Positions 1 through 11,007 are shown, counted from the stretch's first letter. The stretch is 64,000 nt of DNA from an uncultured Planctomycetaceae bacterium (GCA_963815195.1 CAWFGE010000020.1:192001-256000); one strand, 5' to 3'. The notes: generated by a model from the letters alone, not told the origin. Made by a program: numbers and translations.

Positions 1-68
1 CAGAGTTGTCCCCGAAACGAGGACGATTTCCAAGGGAACAGGGGGAAAGTCCGCGAATTATTTTGTGG

Positions 69-184
69 GCAAAGGCCACAAAGGAGCAAAGGCCACAAAG
101 GGGCAACGGCCACAAAGGAGCAACGGCCACAAAGGGGCAAAGGCCACAAAGGAGCAACGGCCACAAAGCAGCAACGGCCACAAA
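69..184. repeat. Tandem repeat, ~7 copies of a 17-bp unit GCAA(A/C)GGCCACAAAG(G/C)(A/G)
   Basis: Units start at 69, 86, 103, 120, 137, 154 and 171; no spacers. Confidence 0.9.
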
Positions 185-507
185 TCTTTCACCCGATAAG
201 GAACGTGAAGAAAATCGGTTCTTCCGGATCATCAGGGGGAACGACGATGGTGTGAAAGAATTTCGTGTCCGCGCTCTTTCACCTCCCCTGGGGGAGGTAA
301 AATCCGTGGTTGATCATCATACAAACGATCGCAGCGTCCGCCCCCCGATTCGCCGGAAGAGCCAGAAAATCACTTCAACATGGGGACAAAAAGGCGAGCA
401 GACCAACCTGCGGTCGGTGCCCGCGTAAGCCCCGTGGTTATGTCGAGTCGTTCAAAATCTTAAATGATTTCTGGCGATTCCAAACGCGCAGAATTGCGCA
501 CGCTGAC

Positions 508-1422
508 TTACCGGTCGTTATGGCTGATGAGCAGCGTTCGCTGGTATTCCTGGAACGTGACCTGCCGGGTCGTGTCGCTTTTCAACAGCGATTCCCATTC
601 GTGGATCAAACTGCGGTCCGTGGAATCGAGCTTCCAATGGATTTGATGCTCGGCCCGCAAATGGATCGGCATTCCAATGCTGGATTCCAGGTCCACCTGC
701 ACCGGCATCTGCTGATGTGCGCGGAGATGCTCGTTCAATGCCAGCCGGGATTCCGGAGACAGGGCTTGCGGATGAAGCACATAGTTCAACCGGGCGATCC
801 AGTCGGCGTAGCTCAAATAAAACTCGGCCGTCTTCGGTTCGTCCACCTTCACGCAGTTCACTTTGTATGTCAGATGCGGGCTGGAGCAGACGAGCTTCTG
901 CTTGGCCGGGTCGAACGATTCGTGGAACTTGGGATCGATCGGGAATTGGAGCTTGGCAATGACGGCGTCGGAGACCGGCGGCTGCCGCTGGAGCAAGCCC
1001 GCGATGTGCTCGGTGGTGACGTTCCGGGCCAGTTTGAGCTTCCGCTTGATTTCATCGAAATGCACCGTCGTGGCCAATCCGCGGGAGGTGCTCAGAATCG
1101 TGAACCGCAGATGAGCCGGCTCGAAAATAATGACTTCGCTTTCCTGCTCGTTCTCCACGTGGTCGTAAACTTTTCCCGCGTGGAACAGCGACAAGCTGCT
1201 TCCGATCATCGCGGGCCGGCCGTTCTGCGCCGTCCCGGCATCGTAAACCCGGGTATAAATCCGAAACTCCTGGGCCGTCAGCGGGCGGCAGGCGAACAAC
1301 AGCAAGGCGAGAGACAGCATCGGAGACAGTCGGCGAAACATCATGGCGACCTCCTTGTCGCGATTGCGTTTGAGAGAAGAGAGTGCTTGGTGATGTGAGA
1401 GATGACGTGCGTCGTGAGTCAT
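508..1422 (-). CDS. Hypothetical secreted protein
   Basis: 304-aa ORF; signal-peptide-like MMFRRLSPMLSLALLLFAC suggests a start near 1344; overlaps the stop of the upstream gene. Confidence 0.65.
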   Translation of the reverse strand: MTHDARHLSHHQALSSLKRNRDKEVAMMFRRLSPMLSLALLLFACRPLTAQEFRIYTRVYDAGTAQNGRPAMIGSSLSLFHAGKVYDHVENEQESEVIIFEPAHLRFTILSTSRGLATTVHFDEIKRKLKLARNVTTEHIAGLLQRQPPVSDAVIAKLQFPIDPKFHESFDPAKQKLVCSSPHLTYKVNCVKVDEPKTAEFYLSYADWIARLNYVLHPQALSPESRLALNEHLRAHQQMPVQVDLESSIGMPIHLRAEHQIHWKLDSTDRSLIHEWESLLKSDTTRQVTFQEYQRTLLISHNDR

Positions 1423-2315
1423 GACTTCAGAGGAATAAACCTGCCGCCGGCTTGTTCGCTTTCGCGGGCGGCTAGCAAGAAACGAATGAGGCGGAGCGTG
1501 GTTTCGATCGGCACCGCGGGCCGGCCGGTTTCAAACGCCTCCACGATCGTCCGGCAGAGATTTCGATAGGCGAACCGCGTGGAAACGAGTTCGTGCACGA
1601 CGCCCTGCTCGCAAAAGGCCGTGAATCCATAAGCCCGGCTTCCCGACCGCGATCCCCGCAGGCTTGCCAGCCGGCCGTGGGGGAAAACGGCCGTCACCAG
1701 ATCCACCTCGGGCCGGTGCAGGCACGAGACCTGTTCGCAGTCCGGTCCCATCAAGGCGAACAGCACCTCGGCCGCGTGGATTCCATAATGTAAGAGGCCC
1801 GGATTTTCCTCGGCCCGAATCGCCGGCCCGAAGGTCATCACCCCTTCGACCGCTCCGTATCGCGTCGGCCCGGCGGACAGCATTTGCACCTCTTCGGCAA
1901 ACCGCAGCGCGGAACTGCTCCACACGAGCGTGCCCGTTTTCCTGGCGAGTTCCGCCATTTCCACCGCATCGGCCCACGAAGACGCGAACGGCTTATCGAC
2001 GAACGCCGGCACGCCGGCTTCCAAAAACGGCCGGGCTCCCGCGAGGTGGGCTTCTCCGCAAACGGAAAGGACGAGCACGCCGTCCACCTGGCCCAGCATC
2101 TGCTCCGGGGATTCCACGAGTTCCACGCCGCATTCCGAGAGCGATTTCGCATGCGGGGCGATCCGCTCGGGCGACATCCGCGAGACGCCGGGCGAACCCA
2201 TCACCACCCGCGCACCGGGGACGCATTGATCGCGGCTCACGCCGATCTGGTTCAATCGGCGGGTGAACTCGACGGAGTGCGAGGAATCGAAATCGACCAG
2301 GCCTAAGCGCAACAT
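1419..2315 (-). CDS. Gfo/Idh/MocA family oxidoreductase
   Basis: N-terminal LRLGLVDFDSSH, FVDKP motif, LHYGIH. Confidence 0.85.
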   Translation of the reverse strand: MLRLGLVDFDSSHSVEFTRRLNQIGVSRDQCVPGARVVMGSPGVSRMSPERIAPHAKSLSECGVELVESPEQMLGQVDGVLVLSVCGEAHLAGARPFLEAGVPAFVDKPFASSWADAVEMAELARKTGTLVWSSSALRFAEEVQMLSAGPTRYGAVEGVMTFGPAIRAEENPGLLHYGIHAAEVLFALMGPDCEQVSCLHRPEVDLVTAVFPHGRLASLRGSRSGSRAYGFTAFCEQGVVHELVSTRFAYRNLCRTIVEAFETGRPAVPIETTLRLIRFLLAARESEQAGGRFIPLKS

Positions 2316-2634
2316 GGAGCTTTCGCCCGTCCCTCAATGCTAAGCCGCCGCGCAAACAGCGGACCGGCCCCATTCGAGGAGGCTTCACCGAAAGGAATGG
2401 TTTGATCGGAATAAAGTGGAGAGAGGCCGGAAAGATAACCGGGAATCCCAAACGCTGCAACCTGTTTTCCTGACGACTCATCAACTGGACATGCGCTGCC
2501 TGCTCCTGGTAGGGATCGATTTGGCGTGGTTCTCTGCGTAACCGGATGGGCTCTCGGGTCAATTGAGAGGAGGAGGATTGTCAGCGTGTGCTGTGGCAAT
2601 CCATGACGTGTTCCCACATGAATTGGAATTCTCA

Positions 2635-3975
2635 ATGGATGCGTGCAAAGGATTTTGCCTGGGTTTGGTTCTGTGCTGGATGATTTCTCCGTTTCCGGTC
2701 CAGGGCGATTCCGGATGGCGGGGCGATGGGACCGGGCGTTTCCCCGATGCCCAGCCGCCCAAGACCTGGTCGAAGGAGGCGAACGTCGTCTGGAAGACCG
2801 AATTGCCTGGCCGGTCTTATGCTTCGCCGGCGATTTCTCATGAGCGGTTATTTGTGTTGTCGGAACCCTCCACGGTGATTTGCGTGGATCAGCAAACGGG
2901 GGAGATTCTGTGGCAGAAAAAAGCCGGTTATGCCGAGGCTTTGGGCGAACAAAAAACCCGCGAAATCGAGGCCACCCAGAAAAAACTCGACGAGGAGCGG
3001 CGGGAGATCCAGAGCCAGATTCGCGACGTTCAAAAAGCCGACCCGGAGGCGAAGGAACTCTCATCGCTCAAGGAAAAGCAGAAGGCGATCGAAACCCGCT
3101 GGCGGGAGTATGAGCAGCAGTTTCCGAAGGAGCGCCAGGGCGGAGCGGGAAACGCCGCGGCCACGCCGGTGTGCGACGGCAAACGGGTGTATGTCTGCTT
3201 TGGCACGGGCGTCGTCGCCGCGTTTACGGAACAGGGCGAGCGGGTTTGGATCAAGCGTCTGGAGGCCGCGCCCCTGGGCTTCGGCCACAGTGCCTCGCCG
3301 GTGTTGGCGGACGGCAAGTTGATCGTGCATTTCCAGGACTTAACCGCCTTGGATCCCGCCACTGGAAATGAAATCTGGCGAACGAAACTTCCCAACAAGT
3401 ACGGAACGCCCGCGGTGACGCAAATCGCGGGCGAGGATGTCCTCGTCACGCCGTCGGGTGCTCTCGTGGGGGCTTCGAACGGTGCCGTCCTCAAAGACAA
3501 GCTCTTCGACCTTTCGGACAACTCCCCGCTGGTCGAAGATGGCGTGATCTACGCGCACGAGTCGGGCAAAATCAAAGCCTACCGGCTGCCGGGCTCGTTG
3601 GAAAAACCGGTCGACGTGGAACAGATCTGGGAAACCCCCGCAACGCGGGACCAACGGATGACCTCCGCCGCACTCCATAAAGGCCTGCTTTACGGCGGAA
3701 CCCGCAAGGGACTGTTGGATGTCGTCGATGCCAAGACGGGCAAGCTGCTTTACCGCAAGCGGCTCGATCTGGGCGAGTTGTTTTCGAGCGTGAGCGTCGC
3801 CGGGGATCTGGTGTTCGTCAGCGGGCGGAACGGCAAGACGTTGGTACTCGAGCCGGGCGAAGACTATCACGAAATTGGCATCAACCAAACCGACGGCTTC
3901 AGCAGCAATCTTTTGTTTGACGGGCCGCGGATTTATGTCCGCACCGAAAAGTTTTTGTACTGCCTCGGCGAATGA
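2635..3975 (+). CDS. PQQ-binding-like beta-propeller repeat protein
   Basis: WRGDGTG, WKTELPG-SYASP and repeated D..TG..W motifs; start uncertain. Confidence 0.85.
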   Translation: MDACKGFCLGLVLCWMISPFPVQGDSGWRGDGTGRFPDAQPPKTWSKEANVVWKTELPGRSYASPAISHERLFVLSEPSTVICVDQQTGEILWQKKAGYAEALGEQKTREIEATQKKLDEERREIQSQIRDVQKADPEAKELSSLKEKQKAIETRWREYEQQFPKERQGGAGNAAATPVCDGKRVYVCFGTGVVAAFTEQGERVWIKRLEAAPLGFGHSASPVLADGKLIVHFQDLTALDPATGNEIWRTKLPNKYGTPAVTQIAGEDVLVTPSGALVGASNGAVLKDKLFDLSDNSPLVEDGVIYAHESGKIKAYRLPGSLEKPVDVEQIWETPATRDQRMTSAALHKGLLYGGTRKGLLDVVDAKTGKLLYRKRLDLGELFSSVSVAGDLVFVSGRNGKTLVLEPGEDYHEIGINQTDGFSSNLLFDGPRIYVRTEKFLYCLGE

Positions 3976-4078
3976 CCGCGTCGGCCGTTCTTGCATCTCC
4001 GCCCCCGAACAGCCAACATGAGGAAAGTTCCTGTGTTGGCTGGTTTTCTTTTCGTCCCCCTGGATTAGTTCATCCTGC

Positions 4079-5890
4079 ATGATGAGGCTTTTAAAAGAGC
4101 GGGTCCGCTCCTCTGGCGTCGCGGCCTGGAAATTTCTCGGCGAATGGCTGCTGTTCGGGGTCCTGGCCGTGGCCGCGACCTGGCCGCTCGCGCCGTCGTG
4201 GACCACGCATCTTCCCTTGGGGGCCGACCCGGTGGAGACGGTGACGCTGTTCAACCTGTGGACGCTGTGGTGGAACGTCGACCGGGCGGAAGCCGGGTTT
4301 GAGCATTACTGGGACGCGCCGATTTTTTATCCGACCCCGAAGACGTTTGCCTTCTCCGAACCGCAGCCCACGATGGCGCTGATGACACCCGTGGTTTCGG
4401 CCGGCGGGAGCGAGGCGGCCGCGTACAACCTGTATTTGTGGCTGGGCCTCTCGCTCACCGGCGTGGCGACCGCGCGGCTTCTGCGGCGGTCCACCGGCTC
4501 GCTGTTGGTCAGTTGGACGGGCGGGGCGATGATGGTCCTGCTGCCTTACGTGCATTGGCAGTTGGGCGTGATCCAACTCGTGCCGCTGTTCGGCATCATC
4601 TGGACGATCCACGCCTTGGCCGCGTTCGGGGATTCGCCAAGCGTCCTTCGCAGCCTGGCGCTCGGGACGGCGTTTGCGGTCACGTATTTCCTCTGCAACT
4701 ATTACGGCTTGTTCTTGAGCCTGGTGTTGATTCTGACCGGAGGTTTCCTCTTGGGGCGAAACCTCTGGAACTGGCGAACCTGGCCGCGGCTCCTGCCCGG
4801 GGCGGCGTGGTGTTTGCTGTTGATCGGTCCGATGATCTCCGTGCAGCGGGACGTCTCGAAGCAGCACGATTGGGAACGCCCGCCGGAGTTGATCGAACGC
4901 CTGTCCGCCGAGTGGGGCGACTTCACCGCGACGCCCTGGCAGCAGCTCTTGCCGATCCGCGAATTCGTCGATCCCCGCCGATCCGGTTGGACGCTTTCGC
5001 CGGGCTATCTCAAAATCGGCCTGGCCGTGTTCGGCATCGTCGGCGGACTCTATTATGCCAAGCTCCGGCGGCTGACGTTGTTTTTGACGCTGTTCACCGC
5101 GGTGAGCGTCCTCCTCGCGATGGGGCCGAAGTTCCATTTCGGAGAGGTCACGCCTTACGAGTGGATTCGCCTGTACTATCCCGGCATGGCGATGGCCCGG
5201 AATGTGTATCGGTTCGTCGTGTTCGCCCAAATCGGCGTTGTGTTGCTCGCGGGGATCAGCCTGGATGTTTTCCGCCGGCTGCTCCTGGAACACCGCGGCG
5301 CGGAGGGGATGTCGAAAGGGGAGATGTTCAAGACCGCCGCATGGTGGCGGCAAGGGCTCTCGATTGGCCTGTTGGCCGTGGGCATCCTGGCGGTCCTGGA
5401 AGTTCGGCCCGCACCGCAAGAACTGCTTGAATTGCCCAGCGACGCGGAAAACCAAGGCTGGATCACCTGGGTGAAAACAAACACTTCGCCCGACGCGGTG
5501 CTCGCCTGCGTTCCTTTCCCCAAAGGCGGCAACGCCAAGGCCTATTTCGGCACGGCGGTATGGATGTATTACGGCACCCGGCATCACCGCCCGCTCGTCA
5601 ACGGCTACTCGGGATTTTTTCCCGAGCGGTTTCTTAAGCTCAAGCCGGCGATGGCCGCTTTCCCCTATGCCGACAGCCTGAACCTCCTGGAAGACAGCGG
5701 TGCCCGGTATTGCGTTGTATTCCGCGGCACCATCGGCCGCGCGGAAATCGAACACGATCCCAAAATCGCGAGCCGGCTCAAATGGCGATTCAGCGACGAC
5801 CGCGCAGAAATCGACATCTACGAACTGTTGCCGTCCAGCGGGAAGAAGGAAAAGGTGCATGCGCCGAAGAATTTGAAAATCAAAGCGTAG
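4079..5890 (+). CDS. Polytopic membrane protein, GT-C/YfhO-like glycosyltransferase
   Basis: Many TM segments; DAPIFYP..TFAFSE and H.RPLVNGYSGFFP motifs. Confidence 0.6.
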   Translation: MMRLLKERVRSSGVAAWKFLGEWLLFGVLAVAATWPLAPSWTTHLPLGADPVETVTLFNLWTLWWNVDRAEAGFEHYWDAPIFYPTPKTFAFSEPQPTMALMTPVVSAGGSEAAAYNLYLWLGLSLTGVATARLLRRSTGSLLVSWTGGAMMVLLPYVHWQLGVIQLVPLFGIIWTIHALAAFGDSPSVLRSLALGTAFAVTYFLCNYYGLFLSLVLILTGGFLLGRNLWNWRTWPRLLPGAAWCLLLIGPMISVQRDVSKQHDWERPPELIERLSAEWGDFTATPWQQLLPIREFVDPRRSGWTLSPGYLKIGLAVFGIVGGLYYAKLRRLTLFLTLFTAVSVLLAMGPKFHFGEVTPYEWIRLYYPGMAMARNVYRFVVFAQIGVVLLAGISLDVFRRLLLEHRGAEGMSKGEMFKTAAWWRQGLSIGLLAVGILAVLEVRPAPQELLELPSDAENQGWITWVKTNTSPDAVLACVPFPKGGNAKAYFGTAVWMYYGTRHHRPLVNGYSGFFPERFLKLKPAMAAFPYADSLNLLEDSGARYCVVFRGTIGRAEIEHDPKIASRLKWRFSDDRAEIDIYELLPSSGKKEKVHAPKNLKIKA

Positions 5891-6875
5891 ACGAGTCGCG
5901 GCTGCCTTTCTCCCGATCTCCCGTTTTCCCCCTCTCGTCCGAATGCCGCAACCGGACGCCGAGGATCAACAGCAGCCCCAGCATCACGGGCTGAAGGTCG
6001 GATTGCTCGATCATCCGCAAGCCTTCATCAAGCACGGTGACCAGGAGCACGCCGACGATGGAGCCCCATACCGAACCGAAGCCGCCGTCCACGCGGGTCC
6101 CGCCCAGGACGACGGCCACGATGACTTGCAGCTCCAACCCCATTTGCCAACTGGCCGACACCGAACCTTCGCGGGCCGTGCCCAGAATCGCGGCCACGAA
6201 CGCGCACATTCCCATGAGCCCATACACCTGGAACAGCCGCAAGTCCACGCGGATTCCCGCGTAGCGCGCTGCGATGCGGTTTCCGCCGATCATCAAGATC
6301 TCTCGCCGCCAGCGGGACCAATAAAACCACGCCCCCGCCGCGAGCAGCAATCCGCAGGCGGTAACGATCGCGCCGGGAAACTCGCCGAACCAGGTGTATT
6401 CGGGCAGCCCGGCCCAGGCTGGGACATTGTTGAACACGTCGGACTCCTGGCTTTCGCGGACGACGTAGCACAGTCCGCGATAGAAAAACAGCGTGCCCAA
6501 AGTGGCGATGATCGGGGGAATGTCCATCCGGGCAATGAGCGTCCCGTTGAACGCACCGAGCACGATCGCGATCAACAATCCGAAGGGCACCGCGGTGAGC
6601 CAGAAACTCGGGCCGCCGTCGAACGTGGACATCACGCAGGCGATCAGCGCGGTCATCGAGCCGACGGACAGGTCGATCCCCGCCGTCATCAACACCGCGG
6701 TCATGCCGAAGGCCAACACCAACAGCGGCGCGGCTTGCGTGAGCACATCCTCCCAATAAAGCCTTAGGCCGAACGCGAAATCGGCCGGCGAATCGAAGCG
6801 GATCCCGCTCCAGGGCAGAAACCCGGCGAACACGGCCACCAAGAGCAGGGGCAACACGGCCTGGCGAAACTTCAT
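5880..6875 (-). CDS. Sugar ABC transporter permease (RbsC-like)
   Basis: GIDLSVGS and ELQVIVAVVLGGT motifs; ATGA overlap with the upstream permease. Confidence 0.9.
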   Translation of the reverse strand: MKFRQAVLPLLLVAVFAGFLPWSGIRFDSPADFAFGLRLYWEDVLTQAAPLLVLAFGMTAVLMTAGIDLSVGSMTALIACVMSTFDGGPSFWLTAVPFGLLIAIVLGAFNGTLIARMDIPPIIATLGTLFFYRGLCYVVRESQESDVFNNVPAWAGLPEYTWFGEFPGAIVTACGLLLAAGAWFYWSRWRREILMIGGNRIAARYAGIRVDLRLFQVYGLMGMCAFVAAILGTAREGSVSASWQMGLELQVIVAVVLGGTRVDGGFGSVWGSIVGVLLVTVLDEGLRMIEQSDLQPVMLGLLLILGVRLRHSDERGKTGDREKGSRDSSTL

Positions 6876-7878
6876 CGCAGCTCTTCCATCAACTTTCGCT
6901 TCCGGTGCAGCGCGCAGTCCAGCCCGATGACCGCGAGAATCAACGCCCCCTGCACCGCGATTTGCCAATACTCGCTAATCCCCGCGTAGAGAATCGCCTT
7001 GACGATAAAGTACAGCAGGCAACCGCCCAACAGCGTGCCCAGGTAGCTGCCTTCGCCGCCGAAGATATTCGTCCCGCCCAGCACCACGGCCCCGATCACT
7101 TGCAGCTCGAAATTCTGAGCGATGCGGTTGGGTTCGATCGTCAGCCCTTTGGTGACGAAAATCAACGCCCCGAGGCCCAAAAACAATCCGCTCGTCAGAA
7201 AGGCGGATTGCTTGATGCCGCGGGGATCGAGCCCTTTCAATCGGCACGCCTCTTCGGAATTTCCCGCCGCGAGCCACAGCCGAGGATGCTTGCCGGCACA
7301 TTCCAAAAGAATCGCGGCCGCGACGCCGGCGAGCAAAATCCACCCCGCCCAGCCGATGCCCGGCGTGCGGAAGCCTTCATGAGGAATCGAGAATTGCCCG
7401 GAGAATTCCGCATCGTGCCAGTGCGCGAGCACCAGCGCGAACCCCCGGTAGAATTTGAACATGCCCAGCGTCACGATGATCGCGGGGATCGAGAGCCAGC
7501 GGATCAACCAGCCGTTGAACGAAGACAACACGACCGCCGTGAGCCAGCAGCCCGCGAAGCATACCGCGGGTGGGAAGCCCCGTTCAAACAGGATCCCGAA
7601 CACGGTCCCGCACATCACCACGATGGACCCGATGGAAAGATCGATGCCGCCGGTATAAACGATTCCCGTCAATCCCAAGCCCGCCAGCAACAACGGAGCG
7701 GCCCCCGCGGGGAACTGCGACATCTCGGCGGCGAAGCTCGTGTTCGGCGTAAACCAGGTGTAGCCGAAGATGTAACCCACGAGCAGCAAGTTCCCCACCG
7801 CCAAACACACCAGCCGCAACCGGAGCCCGGGGCAATCCGAAAAAATGGCGAGGCAGTCGATCGGGCGGCGGCGGACAT
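6872..7878 (-). CDS. Sugar ABC transporter permease (RbsC-like); 5' end probably frameshifted
   Basis: GGIDLSIGS and FELQVIGAVVLGGT motifs in ORF 6872-7819. Confidence 0.85.
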
Positions 7879-7921
7879 GATAAAAGAGAGGGGCTCAAAA
7901 AAATCCAGATGGAAGCCGCCG

Positions 7922-8767
7922 CTACGACGCGGCTTCAATGTTTGCACCGGCGAACTCTCGGATGATTTTGGCGACCCGATGCGGGTGCGTCCAGTGTGGG
8001 ACGAGGCCGGAGTCTTGCAGCCATTCCACGCGGCAGTTCGCGAGCGACTGCTGGAGTTCCTGTTGCCGTTGTTGCAAAAGCTTGCCTTGGCCCTCGGTTT
8101 CCAGGCACAGGACTGGCGCGGCGATCTTCGCCAGCCGATGTTCGAGCCGGACCTTCCGCAGCGGCGCGATTCGCTGGGCGACGGTCCGCACCGGCACACG
8201 GCCCGCGATCTGTTGAAAGAGAATCCAGCGGTTCAAATCGAAGGGCGGAAACCAGTGCCGATGATTCGCCGCGAACACCGCCCGCCAACCGGGAATCTGT
8301 TGCATCGTCCGCTTCGATCGCTTCGCCGCCGAGAGCAGAATGCGCTCGAGAAGTTTGAAACTCCGCCGGGCGTAGGCGCCTTGCAGGACCGCTCCGCGGA
8401 AGCGTTTCGTCTCGGCATCGGCCGACATCGCCGCCAGCGCCACCCAGCCGCCGAACCCCGTGCCGTAAAGCATGACCGGCTCGTGCTCAAGTTGATCGGC
8501 GACCGCGAAAAGCTGCTGCACCTCCGGCACGGTTTGCGGGTCGTCCCGGTTCGCCGCGGCGGGGTTTTTCTCAGGCAGTGGATCATAAAGCACACAGCGA
8601 AACTCCTCCCGCAACAGCCACGCGAGCAGGCGAAACAATTCGCTCGTGCCTTCCAGTCCGCCCAGAAAATACAACGCCGGCCCCGCGCCGATGGATTGGC
8701 CGGTGATCGAACCCGCCGGCCCCGCGACTTCCCAAGGCGCCGCGTCCTGCTCGAAGGATTCAAACAC
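7922..8767 (-). CDS. Alpha/beta hydrolase fold protein
   Basis: G-T-G-F-G-G elbow lacking the canonical Ser, LAKIAAPVL, C-terminal H..HP. Confidence 0.7.
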   Translation of the reverse strand: MFESFEQDAAPWEVAGPAGSITGQSIGAGPALYFLGGLEGTSELFRLLAWLLREEFRCVLYDPLPEKNPAAANRDDPQTVPEVQQLFAVADQLEHEPVMLYGTGFGGWVALAAMSADAETKRFRGAVLQGAYARRSFKLLERILLSAAKRSKRTMQQIPGWRAVFAANHRHWFPPFDLNRWILFQQIAGRVPVRTVAQRIAPLRKVRLEHRLAKIAAPVLCLETEGQGKLLQQRQQELQQSLANCRVEWLQDSGLVPHWTHPHRVAKIIREFAGANIEAAS

Positions 8768-8955
8768 CTCGGCCGTGGACAGGGGCGTCGGGCACGGCTC
8801 CCCCGATTCGGCGCAAGCGTCTCCGGCGAGTCATGTGGGGGATTGGTTGGAAAATCCACGAATCGAACCACCTCGATGACAACCGGATGAAACAGAGGAT
8901 TGCCGCGGCAAGTTTCATCCTAGTCGCCGCGCCGCGAACATGCCAGCGGTTCCGA

Positions 8956-9675
8956 TTAGCGGGAACTCAGATCCCGGCCCACGTTTTCGTCGGCTTCGCG
9001 GATCACTTCGTACGCCGACAGGCTGTCGGGAGCGGCTCGCAGTTCCTCCAGAAAGTCTGGCAGCCGCAGAATCCGGCCGATGCGGGCCAAGACGTGCAAA
9101 TGCGTCCGCGAATCCCGGCAGGCGACCAGCAGGAACAGGTCCGTCAAACCGCCCGTGTTGCTGCCGAAGGGAATCCCGCCCAGCGTCCGCCCGAAGGCAA
9201 TCAGCGATTGGCCGAGCACGTCCGGCAGCGGGTTTCGCGGGTGGGGAATGGCGATGCCCCGCTCGTCCGCGGTGCTCATCACGTCTTCCCGCTCCTGCAC
9301 GGCTTTAAGCACCGTCGCCGGCTCCCAGATTTGCCAGGTCCGGCCCGCAACTTCAATCAGGTTCTCCAGCACCGACCGCTTGGTCCGCCCCGCGAGCGGG
9401 ACTTGCACCAGGTCCGGCTGAAGCAAACTCGTGACGGGAACCTCGGCATCGAGTTCCGTCGACTGTTGGAACTCCTCCACCGCTTCGAGTTGTTGATCGG
9501 TGAAGGCCCGCATCTCCTGCTCGAGCCAATGCGTGATCTCCGTCGGGTGAAACTGCCATTCTCCGCCGACCTTGCGGCCGGGAATCCGGCCCCGATTGAC
9601 GAGTTTTTCAATCTCGCGGCGATCCCGGCCGAGTTGACGGGCGAGTTCATCGAGGGTGTAAGATTCATGCGACAT
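8956..9675 (-). CDS. PTS EIIA (PtsN-like) protein with N-terminal HTH
   Basis: YTLDELARQLG...IPGRKVGGEWQF HTH; REDVMST..GIAIPH phospho-His motif. Confidence 0.88.
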   Translation of the reverse strand: MSHESYTLDELARQLGRDRREIEKLVNRGRIPGRKVGGEWQFHPTEITHWLEQEMRAFTDQQLEAVEEFQQSTELDAEVPVTSLLQPDLVQVPLAGRTKRSVLENLIEVAGRTWQIWEPATVLKAVQEREDVMSTADERGIAIPHPRNPLPDVLGQSLIAFGRTLGGIPFGSNTGGLTDLFLLVACRDSRTHLHVLARIGRILRLPDFLEELRAAPDSLSAYEVIREADENVGRDLSSR

Positions 9676-9892
9676 GACGTGTTCCGTGTCAGGCGGACGC
9701 GCAGGCAGGTGCGGCTGAGGGAGGAAGTCGGTGAGCTATTTGGGGGTTGGGGTCGGGCGGGTCTCTCGTCCCTTCAGTGTAACACCTGGAACGAAAAATC
9801 AACAGTCACCCAAAAACAAAAGGCCAGGACACGATCGGTGTCCCGGCCGGAATTCATCCCGGGCCATTTTGTTGAATATCGAGCGTCCGCCA

Positions 9893-10067
9893 AAATCCGA
9901 AATCCGAATCTCGAAATCCGAAACAAATCTCAATGACCGAAAGTCTCAAATTCAAAACTTCGTAAGGCGAACTTTCCAGCAACGCAGAGCGTTTTTGGGA
10001 GGTTTGGAGCGTTGGAACTTCGGGTTTTGAATTTGGTTCGAATTTCGGATTTCGTGCTTTGGATTTC
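9893..10067. repeat. Intergenic imperfect inverted repeat built from AAATCCG heptamers
   Basis: aaatccgaaatccgaatctcgaaatccgaaacaaat mirrored by atttggttcgaatttcggatttcgtgctttggattt. Confidence 0.7.
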
Positions 10068-11007
10068 AGCGCGAAGCGGGGCAAGGCGGCAGCAGGTTTT
10101 CGAACCGCGACCGGCATTGGGCGAGGAGTTGATCGTAGTCCGATTTCCAAAGCTCTTCGGACCAGATCGCGATTTCGAAGGGGCCGCGGTATCCGTTGTC
10201 GAGGAAGGCGTGCGTGATGTCGGCCAGCGGGATCTCGCCGTCGCCGATCAAGCTCCTGTCGTATTCGGAGGTGGGCGGGCGGTGCCAATCGTTAAGCTGC
10301 ACGGTGGCGACCAGCGGCGCGATCTCGGCGATTCGCTCGAGCAACCGGGGCTCCCGCCAGAGGTGGTACACGTCGAAGGCCATGCCCACCATGTCGTGAT
10401 CGCAGGCGTCGATCACGTCGAGCGTGTCGTCGATCGAGGTGAGGAAGGTCCAGTCATTTGAGAACATCCGCTGCATGGGCTGCACGGCGAGCTTGACGCC
10501 CAACTCGCCGGCGAGATCGCCCAGTTCGTTCAAGGCGCTCACAAACAGTCGGCGGGCGTGGGTCAGAATGTGCCCCGACAATCCGCCGCTGAGCATCACG
10601 ACGCAATCCGCGTTCAAGGCCCCGGCGATTTCCAACGTCTCGCGGGCGTCGCGCACGGCTTCCGTGTAAGCATAGCCGTTTTGCCCGGTGAAACATCCCG
10701 CCCAGGACACGCTCGACACGGACATCCGCATGTCGCGGACCAAGTCCACGGCCCGCTCGGCACCGAACTCGTCGAGCTTCGGCCGCCAGATGCCCATCGT
10801 ACGGACGCCCGCGTCCAAGTAGCCCAGCACATCCTCCAAAAACGACCAGCGGTAAGTCGTCACCTCGTTCACCGCCAAGAGCGAATGCAGGGGAGGATTC
10901 TCGGGGCGGGAACCGCGCGGGTAGGGGCTCCCGAGCGATTGCCGCAACAGCGGACTGGAACCAAATAGCCAGGGAGACTCGTGAGGCGAAGGATAAGCTT
11001 CGGGCAC
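10066..11007 (-). CDS. Sugar phosphate isomerase/epimerase (xylose-isomerase-like TIM barrel)
   Basis: FDVYH, VQLND, GDGEIP and GYRGPFEI motifs. Confidence 0.85.
   Translation of the reverse strand: MPEAYPSPHESPWLFGSSPLLRQSLGSPYPRGSRPENPPLHSLLAVNEVTTYRWSFLEDVLGYLDAGVRTMGIWRPKLDEFGAERAVDLVRDMRMSVSSVSWAGCFTGQNGYAYTEAVRDARETLEIAGALNADCVVMLSGGLSGHILTHARRLFVSALNELGDLAGELGVKLAVQPMQRMFSNDWTFLTSIDDTLDVIDACDHDMVGMAFDVYHLWREPRLLERIAEIAPLVATVQLNDWHRPPTSEYDRSLIGDGEIPLADITHAFLDNGYRGPFEIAIWSEELWKSDYDQLLAQCRSRFENLLPPCPASR

Noticed and set aside
69..184. Possible CRISPR array
   Set aside because: Units are contiguous 17-mers with no unique spacers, and no cas operon is present.
5880..7878. ABC permease pair without ATPase or binding protein as a new transporter type
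   Set aside because: Split operons are common in planctomycetes, so the partners may lie elsewhere.
6905..8890. Long antisense ORFs (also 4091-5860, 21247-22983, 36057-37493)
   Set aside because: They are shadow frames of real genes in GC-rich DNA with no recognisable motifs.
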